Part shown: piece after piece, positions 40,727 through 51,328 of the stretch
How the letters are laid out: every line of letters begins with the position of its first letter
Numbering within the stretch: the first letter of the stretch is position 1
Source of the DNA: an uncultured cyanobacterium
GTDB taxonomy: Bacteria > Cyanobacteriota > Cyanobacteriia > Phormidesmidales > Phormidesmidaceae
Length of the DNA: 64,000 nucleotides
Direction of reading: 5' to 3'
Assembly: GCA_963793265.1 (NCBI GenBank)
Contig: CAWBZI010000001.1
Span: 416,001-480,000 of the forward strand
Position numbers and translations under genes: made by a program
Notes under the pieces: model-generated
Databases searched by the model: none
What the model was told of the DNA's origin: nothing
What the model saw: the letters and a program-made list of their open reading frames with translations, nothing else

Positions 40727-40886
40727 CGTTTGGTTCCTTATTTTATAAAATCGAACACTGCTGCTGAGCTTATTAGGATATTTATTATTAGTCGTCAGGC
40801 TGAAGACAGACATTCAGCCTAGCCGCTATGGTAAGCGGTATGGCGATAAGGCTTTTCTCTTTCTTTAGATACAGGATACTAACGCA

Positions 40887-41066
40887 ATGAATAACGACTT
40901 TACGCGACTGGCTATTTTACTCTCTATTCTGTTGTTGATTGTATTTCCGTTTGCAGGGCTTGCGCCGCTGCTATTGATTGTGTTTGCGGCTGTCTTTGGC
41001 TGGATGCTACAGCTTGCTGGTACGGTGATTGGTGCAACTGAGCCAGAAGATGTAGAAAGGACATAG
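40887..41066 (+). CDS. 59-aa two-TM membrane protein (not in ORF track)
   Basis: MNNDFTRLAILLSILLLIVFPFAGLAPLLLIVFAAVFGWMLQLAGTVIGATEPEDVERT*; AGGA upstream. Confidence 0.65.
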   Translation: MNNDFTRLAILLSILLLIVFPFAGLAPLLLIVFAAVFGWMLQLAGTVIGATEPEDVERT

Positions 41067-41202
41067 GCTCAGTAACAGTTGTCTCTTACGGTATAGATTC
41101 GATGGGGTTGAGATCGCAAGAACTCTACTTTTAGAAAGTTAAAAAAAGTAGGCTAATTCGTTGCTATATAGGCTGATGACCTGATTGAAAGGAGCCTTAA
41201 CT

Positions 41203-42063
41203 ATGGTAATTTCTGCCGACCAAATTCCCGCTCAAACGCAAGATAGACAGCCTGCGCTAGAGTCGGAGATGAACCCATCGCCAATTTACGACCGTGACAG
41301 CTACAAAGGTAGCGACAAGCTGAAAGGCAAAGTTGCCTTAATTACAGGCGGCGATAGCGGGATTGGCCGCTCGGTCGCTGTTCTGTATGCCAAGGAAGGC
41401 GCAGATGTTGCAATCTCTTACTTAGACGAGCAGGGTGACGCGGAGAAGACTAAGAAAGAAGTTGAAGCGCTCGGTCAGAAGTGTTTACTACTGCCTGGCG
41501 ATCTTAGCAATGAGCAGTTTTGCCATGAAATAGTTCAAAAGACCGTTGATGAGTTTGGCCAGCTCGACGTTTTGGTGAGTAATGCGGCTGAGCAGTACAC
41601 CGAGAAAGACTGGGACGAAATTGATGCAGCCAGACTAGGCAGCATCTTCAGCACCAACGTATTCCCGATGTTCTACCTGACAAAGGCAGCGCTGCCTCAC
41701 CTAAAAGAAGGGAGCACTATCATCATCACCACTTCGATCAATGCCTACAAAGGCAACGATTCTCTGTTGAGCTATTCGACGACAAAGGGCGCGAATCTGG
41801 CGTTTTTGCGATCGCTCTCCCAGCGCGTCCTCGAAAAAGGCATTCGCGTCAACGGCGTGGCTCCTGGCCCCATTTGGACACCCTTTATTCCTGATGCGAT
41901 GCCGCCTGAGCAAGTAGAAGGCTTTGGGAAGCAGGTACCGATGAAACGTCCTGGTCAGCCCGTAGAAGTGGCGACTTGCTTTGTGTTCTTAGCCTCTGAA
42001 GACTCTTCTTATATGACGGGTCAGGTGCTGCATCCCAACGGCGGTGTTGTGGTCGGCGGATAA
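41203..42063 (+). CDS. SDR oxidoreductase (general stress protein 39 / YdaD-like)
   Basis: ITGGDSGIGR, YSTTKGA, VAPGPIWTP, GQVLHPNGG. Confidence 0.92.
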   Translation: MVISADQIPAQTQDRQPALESEMNPSPIYDRDSYKGSDKLKGKVALITGGDSGIGRSVAVLYAKEGADVAISYLDEQGDAEKTKKEVEALGQKCLLLPGDLSNEQFCHEIVQKTVDEFGQLDVLVSNAAEQYTEKDWDEIDAARLGSIFSTNVFPMFYLTKAALPHLKEGSTIIITTSINAYKGNDSLLSYSTTKGANLAFLRSLSQRVLEKGIRVNGVAPGPIWTPFIPDAMPPEQVEGFGKQVPMKRPGQPVEVATCFVFLASEDSSYMTGQVLHPNGGVVVGG

Positions 42064-42098
42064 GCTAATGCTGACGCTTTGAGACACTAGACTCAGCG

Positions 42099-42150
42099 CA
42101 AAACAGGCATACCCTACGGCTCTTTATAGCCTGAAGGTATGCCTGTTTTG
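42099..42150. terminator. Bidirectional hairpin terminator
   Basis: caaaacaggcatacc ... ggtatgcctgttttg between convergent genes. Confidence 0.8.
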
Positions 42151-42171
42151 TTTAGGCTTGCTCAGTTGTGC

Positions 42172-42870
42172 CTAAACCGTCTTGAAGCTGGCAATAAGTG
42201 AATCACTGTTGTGCGCGAGCCCAGCAGCTTGGGGGCTCAAGACAAGCTGGCGCTGTTGAATCTTCAACCAGCCTTCATCTTTGAAGTCGCGTAGTAGGCG
42301 AGTGACCGTAACGCGAGTGGTACCAATAATCGTTGCGATTTGATGGTGCGTTAGGCGTAGCTTAATGCGAACGCCGCCTGGCTCTACGTGGCCAAAGTCT
42401 TGAGCGAGCTGAATGAGAACGTAGCGCAGACGGTCGGATACCAGGCGTCTGCCAGAAATAGCAAGCCAGGCTTCGGCCTGCTGAAGGCGGCGTACTATCT
42501 GAGGAAAGATGCCTGCCATCAGAGCTGAGGAAGACTCTATTTCTGCCATTGATAGGGGTAATAGATCGACCTCTGCGATCGCAGTTGCCCAGTAAGGTTC
42601 TACGCTCGTAATTACTCTGCCAAACGCCATTGAGGGGCCACAAAGGCCGACGATCGTTTCGCCACCGTCAGCGTGAATAGTATGGAGCTGAACCACGCCC
42701 CGGCAAATAATATGAAGGTCTTGATGCTGAAGCGGAATGTTGCGACCGGTAGGGTATGTGATGAGCGATCGCTCTTGGTAAAGCTGCTCTAGCAGCGAGA
42801 TAAATTGCTCGCGATAGCCTGTAGCCCTAGCAGTCTGAGTATGCGCAGAAGCAGAATTTGCCAAAGTCAA
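42172..42870 (-). CDS. Crp/Fnr-family transcriptional regulator
   Basis: cNMP-binding-like domain plus LTHHQIATIIGTTRVTVTRLL HTH. Confidence 0.9.
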   Translation of the reverse strand: MTLANSASAHTQTARATGYREQFISLLEQLYQERSLITYPTGRNIPLQHQDLHIICRGVVQLHTIHADGGETIVGLCGPSMAFGRVITSVEPYWATAIAEVDLLPLSMAEIESSSALMAGIFPQIVRRLQQAEAWLAISGRRLVSDRLRYVLIQLAQDFGHVEPGGVRIKLRLTHHQIATIIGTTRVTVTRLLRDFKDEGWLKIQQRQLVLSPQAAGLAHNSDSLIASFKTV

Positions 42871-43031
42871 AACGGATTAGCTCCACTGGTCGGTGAACAA
42901 AGCTTTGTAAATAGCTCAGCACCATGACTGTAGTTCAATCGTTTAGATGGGGCGTTAACAGAAGGAAAAGGAAAGGTTAAGGGCCAGAAAAACGCTCAGA
43001 AGCTTGAGCACTTGTCCCTATCCAAAGTACG

Positions 43032-43445
43032 CTATTTTTCCTTACGGTGAGACACTTCGATGACGGTGTGCACATTGCCCCGCGGCAAAAAGTCGCCCTT
43101 AACCGTAACAGAGAGTGGATCGCAGGCGGCTACGAAGTCATCCATAATTAGGTTGATCGATTCTTCGTGGGAGATGTTGCGATCACGATAGCTATTGATA
43201 TACAGCTTGATTGCCTTCAGCTCCACAACTCTTTGATCGGGCACGTAGTCCACATATATCGTGGCAAAATCTGGATAGCCGGAGAAAGGGCACTTACAGG
43301 TAAACTCAGGCAGCGTAATGCTGATGTTGTATTCCCGCCCCGGCCTGGGGTTCGGAAACGTAATCAACCTGCCTTCCTGAATGGCCCTCTCTCCATACAG
43401 GGTGGCGTCTGTTGTCGCTGTGATAGCAGTGTCTTGGGTAGTCAT
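43032..43445 (-). CDS. queF: preQ1 synthase (NADPH-dependent 7-cyano-7-deazaguanine reductase)
   Basis: PEFTCKCPFSGYPDFA, VELKAIKLY, SHEE, PRGN. Confidence 0.96.
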   Translation of the reverse strand: MTTQDTAITATTDATLYGERAIQEGRLITFPNPRPGREYNISITLPEFTCKCPFSGYPDFATIYVDYVPDQRVVELKAIKLYINSYRDRNISHEESINLIMDDFVAACDPLSVTVKGDFLPRGNVHTVIEVSHRKEK

Positions 43446-43480
43446 AAATGGCCGAGAGATCGTCTAAAATTGCTCACCCC

Positions 43481-44317
43481 TTAGCGTAGCAAGCTAAATG
43501 GCTCCTGACGAGTACGCCACGGTCGTCTAGTCGTCATTTTGAGATCTGCGACTTTTGGCGCGGTTACTTTCAAAATCTGGTCTAGCAAGTTTGGTGAGAT
43601 GCGGTTGCACCACACGGCTAGATGAGACTGCCAGCCCACGAGCACTTCTGACGATCCTTTGTTAATGCCACGAACACAGGCTTGCGCGACCTGTTTAGAG
43701 GTCATTGGAATCACACCTCTAAACTTCCGCAAGTCTTTCACCATGTCGGTATCGGTGAGCGAGGGCAGCAGCGTCATCACCTTAACGTTGTAAGGGGCAA
43801 GCTCCATTCGCAGCGCACGGGTAAAGCCGACGATGGCAAATTTGGTCGCTGAATAGGTAGCCATGGTGGGGGCGGCCACTTTACCCATCAGGCTAGAGAC
43901 GTTAATGATAGTGCCGCTGCGGCGAGAGGCCATGCGCCGGGCAATTAGACTCGTAACCATGTACATGCCCATCATGTTGGTGGCGATCTCTTGCTGGACT
44001 GAGGTGAAGCGCGATCGCAAAAAAGGTGTTTGATGCGCCACGCCAGCGCAGTTTACAAGCAAATCAATATCGCCATAGTCACGCCAGGCTTTGGCTACCG
44101 CAGAACTCACCACGGCCTCAGCAGTCAGATCGATTGGAATGGCTACAGCTTCAACGCCGACGTGCCTGATTTCAGCAGCAACCTGGCTAAGATGATGTGG
44201 ATTACGAGCGATGAGGATGATGCGGCGGGCTCCGTTGAGGGCGAGTTCTTGTGCGATCGCCCGCCCAATGCCTCTAGAAGCACCCGTTACCAGCGCTACT
44301 TTTCCTTGAATATTCAT
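43481..44317 (-). CDS. SDR oxidoreductase
   Basis: VTGASRGIG, NCAG, YSATKFA. Start placed at MNIQGK. Confidence 0.9.
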   Translation of the reverse strand: MNIQGKVALVTGASRGIGRAIAQELALNGARRIILIARNPHHLSQVAAEIRHVGVEAVAIPIDLTAEAVVSSAVAKAWRDYGDIDLLVNCAGVAHQTPFLRSRFTSVQQEIATNMMGMYMVTSLIARRMASRRSGTIINVSSLMGKVAAPTMATYSATKFAIVGFTRALRMELAPYNVKVMTLLPSLTDTDMVKDLRKFRGVIPMTSKQVAQACVRGINKGSSEVLVGWQSHLAVWCNRISPNLLDQILKVTAPKVADLKMTTRRPWRTRQEPFSLLR

Positions 44318-45034
44318 AGGCCAAAGACCTCCATATAGGCTTGTCAGTTGCACAGCAATCTTCTTGTTCTGGTTCGATTGCTGTGCAAACAAGGTGACTA
44401 GAAACTACGACTGAAAAGACTGATGATTTTGTCTATTCGGCGCAGAGTTAAGCAAGGTTCTAACTGCAAAGATGCAGAGCTTAAGAGAGGTCGCTACAGC
44501 CATCTTCATAAGTAGGTGCTGTACGTAAGACACGCCATACATTAGAGCTTTCAAAGGGTTTTGAAAGAAAGAAAGCGCCCGCTGATTGACAGAGAATTTT
44601 CTCATCGTAAGTAGTCTCCTGAGGTAAATGTACTGATTCGGAAAAAGTGCAGACGATGCTGTGTTCTGTTTCACTTTGTTCACTTATTTGTCATTACGTT
44701 AAGAGAACTTAATGAATGAACGCGTCCAAGCTAACAACGGGATCGATAACCTGCAACACTTTCTTATATAAGTGCATTTCCTTTACATTGCTTAATGCCA
44801 GCTCTAAGCTTTTGTCTATGCCCATAGAGAGAGGCCAGTATAGGGGTTTCAACGTTGAAGTAGGCTTGAGCGGTTGTTCTTCACAAACACTATGAGAGGA
44901 ACTTCGATTTGTGATCTGCGTCCTTAAATCGATGAGTCTTACTGTTTGTAACCACAAGCCATCAGCGCCTGCTGTAGTCAAACCGGACTCAACCCAGTAA
45001 ACTTCAGTGAATAAATCCGTAATTTATACACACC

Positions 45035-45901
45035 TTGACGTTCCCTTTGTTCCTGAAAGATCTGTGCCAGCACAGTCTGATTTTCTTTATCGTGACCGTA
45101 CTGGGTTACTTCGCTGCCGCTGGAAGCTTGTACTGGGCCTTATACGTAAGAGAAAGCTCTAAGTTCGCGCACTCAAGGGCTGCACAGTCTAAGCCTGCGA
45201 GATCTAAAGCTGCGCTTGCAGACATCTGGACTGCCATCCGCAGCGATGTCATCCTCTCTGTCTTATCTTCTGCAATTTTCTCAGTCTGCGCCGCCATAAT
45301 GACAGCTGCCTACACGCTAGGCTACACACGAATTTACTTGCAGCCTGAGCAATACGGCCTTTGGTACATCGCCTTTAGCCTGGTACTAGCCATCGTCTTG
45401 CAAGATGCTTACTTTTATTTCACGCATCGCGCGAGTCACCATCCTAAGTGCTACAAATGGCTGCACAGCGGCCACCATCACTCCAAAAACCCGACACCCT
45501 GGACAGCCTTCGCCTTCGATCCGGCAGAAGCCATGATTCAGGCCATCTATTTAATAGGAATAACGATGCTGATTCCTATGCACCTATCTGTATTGGTGGC
45601 GCTAGTGATGGTGATGACGATGGGCGCGCTGATCCATCACTTCGGCGTACGGCTATTTGCCGACTCCGCGCTGGGTCGGTGGCTGGGTAGCTGGATGGTC
45701 GGCTGCACGCATCACTGGCTGCATCACCGTAAGTACACCGTTCACTACAGCTTGTACTTCACCTTTTGGGATAGGGTGCTAGGCACGCAGTACGAGGGCT
45801 ACGAAGACGTGCTGAGTCCAAAAGCTGACGTTGTAAAGCTAAAGACTGTTTCGACGCGCAAAACAATCCCTTTTCCAGCGCCCTTTAAAAAAGCCTCGTG
45901 A
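45035..45901 (+). CDS. Sterol desaturase / fatty-acid hydroxylase family protein
   Basis: His boxes YFTHRASHH, LHSGHHHS, HHWLHH; FTFWDRVLGT. Confidence 0.9.
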   Translation: MTFPLFLKDLCQHSLIFFIVTVLGYFAAAGSLYWALYVRESSKFAHSRAAQSKPARSKAALADIWTAIRSDVILSVLSSAIFSVCAAIMTAAYTLGYTRIYLQPEQYGLWYIAFSLVLAIVLQDAYFYFTHRASHHPKCYKWLHSGHHHSKNPTPWTAFAFDPAEAMIQAIYLIGITMLIPMHLSVLVALVMVMTMGALIHHFGVRLFADSALGRWLGSWMVGCTHHWLHHRKYTVHYSLYFTFWDRVLGTQYEGYEDVLSPKADVVKLKTVSTRKTIPFPAPFKKAS

Positions 45902-45911
45902 GCAATACACG

Positions 45912-46811
45912 CTACAAGTACTTTTTTAAAAGCATCGCTAGCTTTTCCTTTGCCTCGGTCGGTGCTTTGTCTAGCGGCGTAATAATAGCGTATTTCAAAG
46001 CAGAGTGGGCCTCTGATTCGGGTGGATTCTCGCTTAGCTGGCGCACCACTTCAGCAATCACCTTCTGCGCGTTCACGGCATTCTTTTGCAGATTGCCAAT
46101 CACCATTTCCACCGTCACGCTGTCGTGATCAGGATGCCAGCAGTCGTAGTCGGTCACCATCGCTAAGGTGGCATAGGCAATTTCTGCTTCCCGAGCAAGC
46201 TTAGCTTCGGGTAGGTTTGTCATGCCAATAACAGTGGCATCCCAACTTCGATACAAATTAGATTCGGCCTTGGTTGAAAAAGCAGGGCCTTCCATACAAA
46301 CATAGGTGCCGCCTCGGTGTAGTGTCACGCCTTCCAGGTTTTGACTCTCTACAGCATCCGCTAAAACCTTTGCCAGGTTATTGCATACCGGATCGCCAAA
46401 CGAGATATGACCAACAATGCCGCCGCCAAAGAACGTAGAGGCTCTGTTTTTAGTGCGGTCGATGAACTGATCGGGCACCACCATGTCTACCGGCTTAGCT
46501 TCGGCCTTAAGGGAACCGACAGCCGAGGCCGAAATGATGTATTCCACGCCGAGCGTTTTCATAGCGTAGATGTTGGCGCGAAAAGGCAATTCGGTAGGTG
46601 TAAGCGTGTGGCCCCTGCCGTGGCGGGCTAAGAAGGCGACGGGTGTGCCTTCTATCTTGCCGACAATCAGCGCGTCAGAAGGATTGCCAAAGGGCGTTTC
46701 GATCGTTATTTCTTCGACATCTGTTAGCGCTTCCATCTGGTAGAGGCCGCTGCCGCCGATAATGCCAATTTTTACGGGGTTCTCTTGCCAGCGATCGCTC
46801 TGAACAGTCAT
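45912..46811 (-). CDS. mtnP: S-methyl-5'-thioadenosine phosphorylase
   Basis: [45 protein letters not shown]. Confidence 0.95.
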   Translation of the reverse strand: MTVQSDRWQENPVKIGIIGGSGLYQMEALTDVEEITIETPFGNPSDALIVGKIEGTPVAFLARHGRGHTLTPTELPFRANIYAMKTLGVEYIISASAVGSLKAEAKPVDMVVPDQFIDRTKNRASTFFGGGIVGHISFGDPVCNNLAKVLADAVESQNLEGVTLHRGGTYVCMEGPAFSTKAESNLYRSWDATVIGMTNLPEAKLAREAEIAYATLAMVTDYDCWHPDHDSVTVEMVIGNLQKNAVNAQKVIAEVVRQLSENPPESEAHSALKYAIITPLDKAPTEAKEKLAMLLKKYL

Positions 46812-47028
46812 CAATTTTCCCTATTAGGTCGTCAAGGGGAATTTTACCGTTCTCATCGGGTCTTAAAACATTTGTCCTCAGTGTATTTTTTAGACTAAGC
46901 AAAAACACGTACGGAACCAATTTTGCCGATACCAGTGTCATAACGGTGTCATCAGCCGGTTAGCACACGTCACGAGTGCCGACACCGCTACATTCCCTGA
47001 AAATCGTCACACCTACCATTTTACAGTT

Positions 47029-48165
47029 ATGCGCTTCTCCAACTTCTCTTCTGTACTTTTCGCAACTGGCGCAATGGCCCTATCGATGCGAGCACTACCG
47101 GCTGTAGCAGCTCCTTCTACTGACTTTCGCCCAGCGCTAACGCAATCTGCTGGCATTCACGCTTCTGGCTCTCAGCCAACGGGCGTTTTGTCAGGAACCA
47201 GCCGCGAATCGCAAATGGCTGACCAGCTTGCTAATCAGGGCGTTCGCGCCTTTACGAGCGGCGACCAGGAAGCGGCGTTTGAGTACTGGGAGCAGGCGCT
47301 AGGGCTATATGAGTCGGCTAACGATTTGGCAGGTTCTGGGCGGATGTTAGAGAACTTGAGCGTAATTCATCGCCTGGCGAATCGTCCTAATGACGCGCTG
47401 ATGATGGTTGAGGGTGCGCTGGCTGTGTATGAGGAGCTAGGGACTGTAAACGAGCAGCCTAGCCTGCATTTGAATGTGGGCAGCGCTTATCGGTTGAATG
47501 GTCAGTATTCGAGAGCGATCGCTGCCTACAACACAGGTCTTGCTATCTACCAGCGCCGCAGCGACGATGCAGGCGCTCGCATCATGCTCTCACTCATCGC
47601 TCAATCCTACGCTGAGCAAGGGAGCTACGCTCAAGGCATTAGCTTTCAGGAGCAGGCGCTAGAAATTTCGCAAAAGACAGGCCATAGGGCGGCTGAAGCT
47701 GAGGCGCGCTTTGAGCTGGGCTACGCTCATATGATGGTTGAGCAGCCTGCTGAGGCGGTGGCTCATTTGCGTCCGGCGCTGGCTTTGTTTCAGCAGATGG
47801 GCGATCGCGCTCAAGAAGTCGCTACGCTCAACAACCTGGGCCGAGCCGCCGCGCTCAATCAAGACTATGCTCAGGCGCTCAGTGCCTATGAGCAGGCGCG
47901 CGCTATTTTTCAACAGATGAATAGCCCGGTGCAAGAGGCGTACCTGCTAGTGAATATGGGTCAGGCTTATGTGGGTGCAGGACAAATGGATCAGGCAATC
48001 GCCTCCTTTCAAGCAGCCGTCAACATTTCTGAAACCATCCGCCGCCAGCAGCCCGTTGCCACTCAGCTTCCCGCTCGTCTAGAGGCTGGCTACCGCAATC
48101 TATCCACCTTGCTCCAGCAGCAAAACCGCAACGACGAAGCGCGTCAGGTACTCAGCTTGATCTAG
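47029..48165 (+). CDS. Secreted tetratricopeptide repeat protein
   Basis: Signal-peptide-like N-terminus; TPR units (LNNLG..A...Y.QAL). Confidence 0.85.
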   Translation: MRFSNFSSVLFATGAMALSMRALPAVAAPSTDFRPALTQSAGIHASGSQPTGVLSGTSRESQMADQLANQGVRAFTSGDQEAAFEYWEQALGLYESANDLAGSGRMLENLSVIHRLANRPNDALMMVEGALAVYEELGTVNEQPSLHLNVGSAYRLNGQYSRAIAAYNTGLAIYQRRSDDAGARIMLSLIAQSYAEQGSYAQGISFQEQALEISQKTGHRAAEAEARFELGYAHMMVEQPAEAVAHLRPALALFQQMGDRAQEVATLNNLGRAAALNQDYAQALSAYEQARAIFQQMNSPVQEAYLLVNMGQAYVGAGQMDQAIASFQAAVNISETIRRQQPVATQLPARLEAGYRNLSTLLQQQNRNDEARQVLSLI

Positions 48166-48231
48166 GTCTTCTCGGATTTTTTGAAGCAGGTTACGTTCCT
48201 CCACCTCTAATACACCTTAAAAAGCCTTTGT

Positions 48232-49116
48232 TTAGACAGGCTGCTTAGGGTGTATTTTTTTGCCTTCAGTCGATTGCAGCAGCCACAGCCCCGTATAAGT
48301 GACACCTGAATCATCAGGACGCACCAGTAAAAAGTGCAGTCCCTTCGCCGCGATTTTGCGCTCTGTAAACGTTCGCGCGGCCCCAGCCACGTCTGCATCC
48401 TCAAAGGTCGCCATAATCCAGCGGTCAGAAAGCCCGGCTTCAAGCAAAAGACCGTCTGGTTTACCGGCGATGTATTGCAGCATTACGGGCTGAACCGACT
48501 GTAGCCACCGGGCCAGCATCATTGACTGTCTGCCGCCGTCGATAATGACGCCGGGAATAAGTAGAGTGCTAGGCAGTCCTAACTCTATGGGCTGAATATT
48601 TTCGGGAATGGATTGAATAGGAATCGGTTCTTGTTCTAGGCAGGTAAGGGCATCGGGGTTAATGGCGGCGAACTGCCACCGGTCGCCCATGAGGTAGTCG
48701 GCAATGGGCTGGGGGGCGGGGCGGTCTATGGCAACCGGGTCGTAGGGTTCGGCGGTGTAGTTTTGGAGGTTTTGGTACCAGACGGCTCTCTGGCGTAGCC
48801 AGCGTTTGAGGGTAGGTGTGTCGCGGGTGGGGCTGACTTTGACGGGCAGTTCGCGGCAGGCGACTTCGACAAGGCTGACGGACTGGGGACGGAAGATTTC
48901 GATGTGGTCGGGCCAGCCGTTGGCGCGATCGCACGCAATCTGCAACTGCTCTCGTATCCAGGGCGCACTGGCGGCTGACTGCGGGCAAAATTCAGTGTAG
49001 GTAAAGGAGAGCTGTGGGTCGCAAATGAGCAGTTCCCATAGCGGTTTTCCCTGCGAGTCTTTCTGTGTGTCTTGGAGGGGGCGGCGGTAAAAATCGAGCT
49101 GCCAGGAAGAGGCCAT
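48232..49116 (-). CDS. Tab2/Atab2-family RNA-binding protein
   Basis: WQLDFYRRPL, WELLICD, IPGVIIDGGR, KGLHFLLVRPDDSG.TY.GLWLL. Confidence 0.9.
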   Translation of the reverse strand: MASSWQLDFYRRPLQDTQKDSQGKPLWELLICDPQLSFTYTEFCPQSAASAPWIREQLQIACDRANGWPDHIEIFRPQSVSLVEVACRELPVKVSPTRDTPTLKRWLRQRAVWYQNLQNYTAEPYDPVAIDRPAPQPIADYLMGDRWQFAAINPDALTCLEQEPIPIQSIPENIQPIELGLPSTLLIPGVIIDGGRQSMMLARWLQSVQPVMLQYIAGKPDGLLLEAGLSDRWIMATFEDADVAGAARTFTERKIAAKGLHFLLVRPDDSGVTYTGLWLLQSTEGKKIHPKQPV

Positions 49117-49187
49117 GAGTAAATAGCGTTAGTATGGGTCGAATAGTCTATTGTAAAAAGTCAGTAAAAGTTAATACCAGATACACC

Positions 49188-50504
49188 ATGACTCTTGCTC
49201 TTACCCAGTTTGGCGATCGCATGTCTCACCTAACCGGGGTGCGAGCGATTATGAAAGATATTATCGAAACCTTGGAGTCAGCCAAGGCGTCAAACTCTAC
49301 TCAGGAGTTTATCAACCTCAGTGCGGGTAATCCGGTCATTTTGCCAGAGGTAGAGCAGCTTTGGCGTGACTGCACTGCTGACTTATTAGCCAGCTCAGAA
49401 TACGGCGAAGTCGTCTGTCGCTACGGCGCTAGCCAAGGCTACGAGCCGTTTATTGAAGCGATTCGTGATGACTTTAACCAGCGCTACGGGTTAAGCCTCA
49501 CCTCTCGCAATATTTTGATTACGCCCGGTAGCCAAAACCTTTACTTTTTAGCGGCAAATGCCCTTGGCGGCTATGGCTCTAACGGTCAGCTCAAAGATAT
49601 CGTGCTCCCCTTAAGCCCAGACTATACCGGCTATGGCGGTGTCACCCTCTACCCTGAGGCGCTTAAAGCGTATCGTCCTTTCATCGAGCTAGGCGAAGAC
49701 CCACACTCGTTTAAGTATCGCCCCGACTTTGATCAGCTAGAGATTAACAGCAACACGGGCTTTGTTCTGTTCTCTCGGCCCTGCAATCCGACGGGCAACG
49801 TCGTCACAGACGCCGAAGTGCAGGGCATTGTCGATTTAGCGGCTCCTCACGATGTACCCGTATTTATCGATTCGGCCTACGCACCGCCTTTCCCGGCGCT
49901 AAATTTCACTGAAATGAAACCTGTATTTGGGCCTAATATTGTGCACTGCTTGAGCCTTTCTAAGGCGGGTTTGCCGGGTGAGCGCGTGGGCGTGGCGATT
50001 GGTGATGAGAAGATTATTCAGATATTAGAGGCGTTTCAGACGAATTTATGTATTCATTCGAGCCGGTATGGGCAGGCGATCGCAGCTCGTGCCATCCGCA
50101 ACGGTGGCCTAGCTGACATTGCTGAGAACGTAATTCGCCCCCACTATCAAAGCAAATTCGCAGTGTTAGAAGAAACGCTGACCAAGCACATGCCCAGCGA
50201 AGTGCCTTGGCGATTGCACCGCGGCGAAGGTGCGATCTTTGCGTGGCTATGGTTTGAAGATCTCCCCATGACTGACTGGGAGTTCTACAACGAACTTAAA
50301 AACTACGGTGTAATCATCGTACCGGGTTCTCCGTTCTTCCCTGGGCTGAAAGAGAGCTTGAAAGGGGAAGATTGGCCTCATATGCGACAGTGCTTCCGCC
50401 TTAGCTTGACCGCGACTGAAGAGCAGCTAGTCACGGCGCTCAAGCACTTGGCGACGTTAACAGATAAGGTGTATTCGGCTCAGCCCGCGATGGCGGCAGT
50501 TTGA
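49188..50504 (+). CDS. avtA: Valine--pyruvate aminotransferase
   Basis: LTQFG..MSHLTGVRAIMKDI, SRPCNPTGN, SLSKAGLPGER, EGAIFAWLWF. Confidence 0.92.
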   Translation: MTLALTQFGDRMSHLTGVRAIMKDIIETLESAKASNSTQEFINLSAGNPVILPEVEQLWRDCTADLLASSEYGEVVCRYGASQGYEPFIEAIRDDFNQRYGLSLTSRNILITPGSQNLYFLAANALGGYGSNGQLKDIVLPLSPDYTGYGGVTLYPEALKAYRPFIELGEDPHSFKYRPDFDQLEINSNTGFVLFSRPCNPTGNVVTDAEVQGIVDLAAPHDVPVFIDSAYAPPFPALNFTEMKPVFGPNIVHCLSLSKAGLPGERVGVAIGDEKIIQILEAFQTNLCIHSSRYGQAIAARAIRNGGLADIAENVIRPHYQSKFAVLEETLTKHMPSEVPWRLHRGEGAIFAWLWFEDLPMTDWEFYNELKNYGVIIVPGSPFFPGLKESLKGEDWPHMRQCFRLSLTATEEQLVTALKHLATLTDKVYSAQPAMAAV

Positions 50505-51187
50505 TGGTTATGACAAGCGAGAAGACGGAGCAGGATTGGCTGCTGATTGGCAAAATTGTGGGCGCACATGGGCTGAATGGTCATGTAAAGGTGTTTGCTG
50601 AGAGTGATTTTCCTGAGCGGTTTACGAAGCCGGGCGATCGCTGGCTGCAAAAGCCAAACAGCCGTGAACCTATCAAAGTTCGGCTGACAAGCGGTCGCTT
50701 TTTGGATGGCAAAAATCAGTATCTAGTGAAGCTAGAAGGCGTTGACTTTCGCGATCAGGCAGAGGCTTTGCGGCAGGCTCAGTTGATGGTGCCCAGGAGC
50801 GATCGCCTATCCTTAGACCCCGGCGAATTTCACGTCTCTGACTTGATCGGTTTAACCGTTGTAATGCAGTCGGATCAATCAATCCTTGGCACAGTGACTG
50901 ATGTGTTTACAACCGGGCACGACATGCTAGAAGTTTTACTTGCAGACCAAGGCGCAGAAGAACCCGTCGAAGTCAGAGAGCCATCTGAGATTTCTAACGA
51001 GATTGCGCATCCTTCCACACGAGCGAAAGCATCCAGAAAGCTGAAGCTTCAGGCTAAACGAAAGCAAAAGAAAAAAGCGCCTAAGACACTGCTCATTCCG
51101 TTTGTGGAAGAGATTGTACCAATAGTTGATATTGCCGCTGAGCGAATTGAAATTACACCACCGCCCGGTTTAATCGATTTAGCTTAG
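50504..51187 (+). CDS. rimM: Ribosome maturation factor RimM
   Basis: IGKIVGAHGLNG.VKV, FHVSDLIG, LLIPFVEEIVP.VD...PPPGL. Confidence 0.95.
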   Translation: MVMTSEKTEQDWLLIGKIVGAHGLNGHVKVFAESDFPERFTKPGDRWLQKPNSREPIKVRLTSGRFLDGKNQYLVKLEGVDFRDQAEALRQAQLMVPRSDRLSLDPGEFHVSDLIGLTVVMQSDQSILGTVTDVFTTGHDMLEVLLADQGAEEPVEVREPSEISNEIAHPSTRAKASRKLKLQAKRKQKKKAPKTLLIPFVEEIVPIVDIAAERIEITPPPGLIDLA

Positions 51188-51328
51188 AAAAGCAGTCCCT
51201 AACTTTATACTCTAAGGAAGTCTTTCAACGCTAATCAAGGCCGAATCACGACAAAAAGTAAAGTGCTCAAAAGCGATTTAGTTCCGAATAGACTATTATC
51301 ACCATCAGTAGTTGGTTTGTATGAATGA

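Noticed and set aside
44405..44981. ORFs 44405-44683 and 44709-44981
   Set aside because: Non-ATG starts, no recognisable motifs; they lie in the divergent promoter region of the SDR and desaturase genes.
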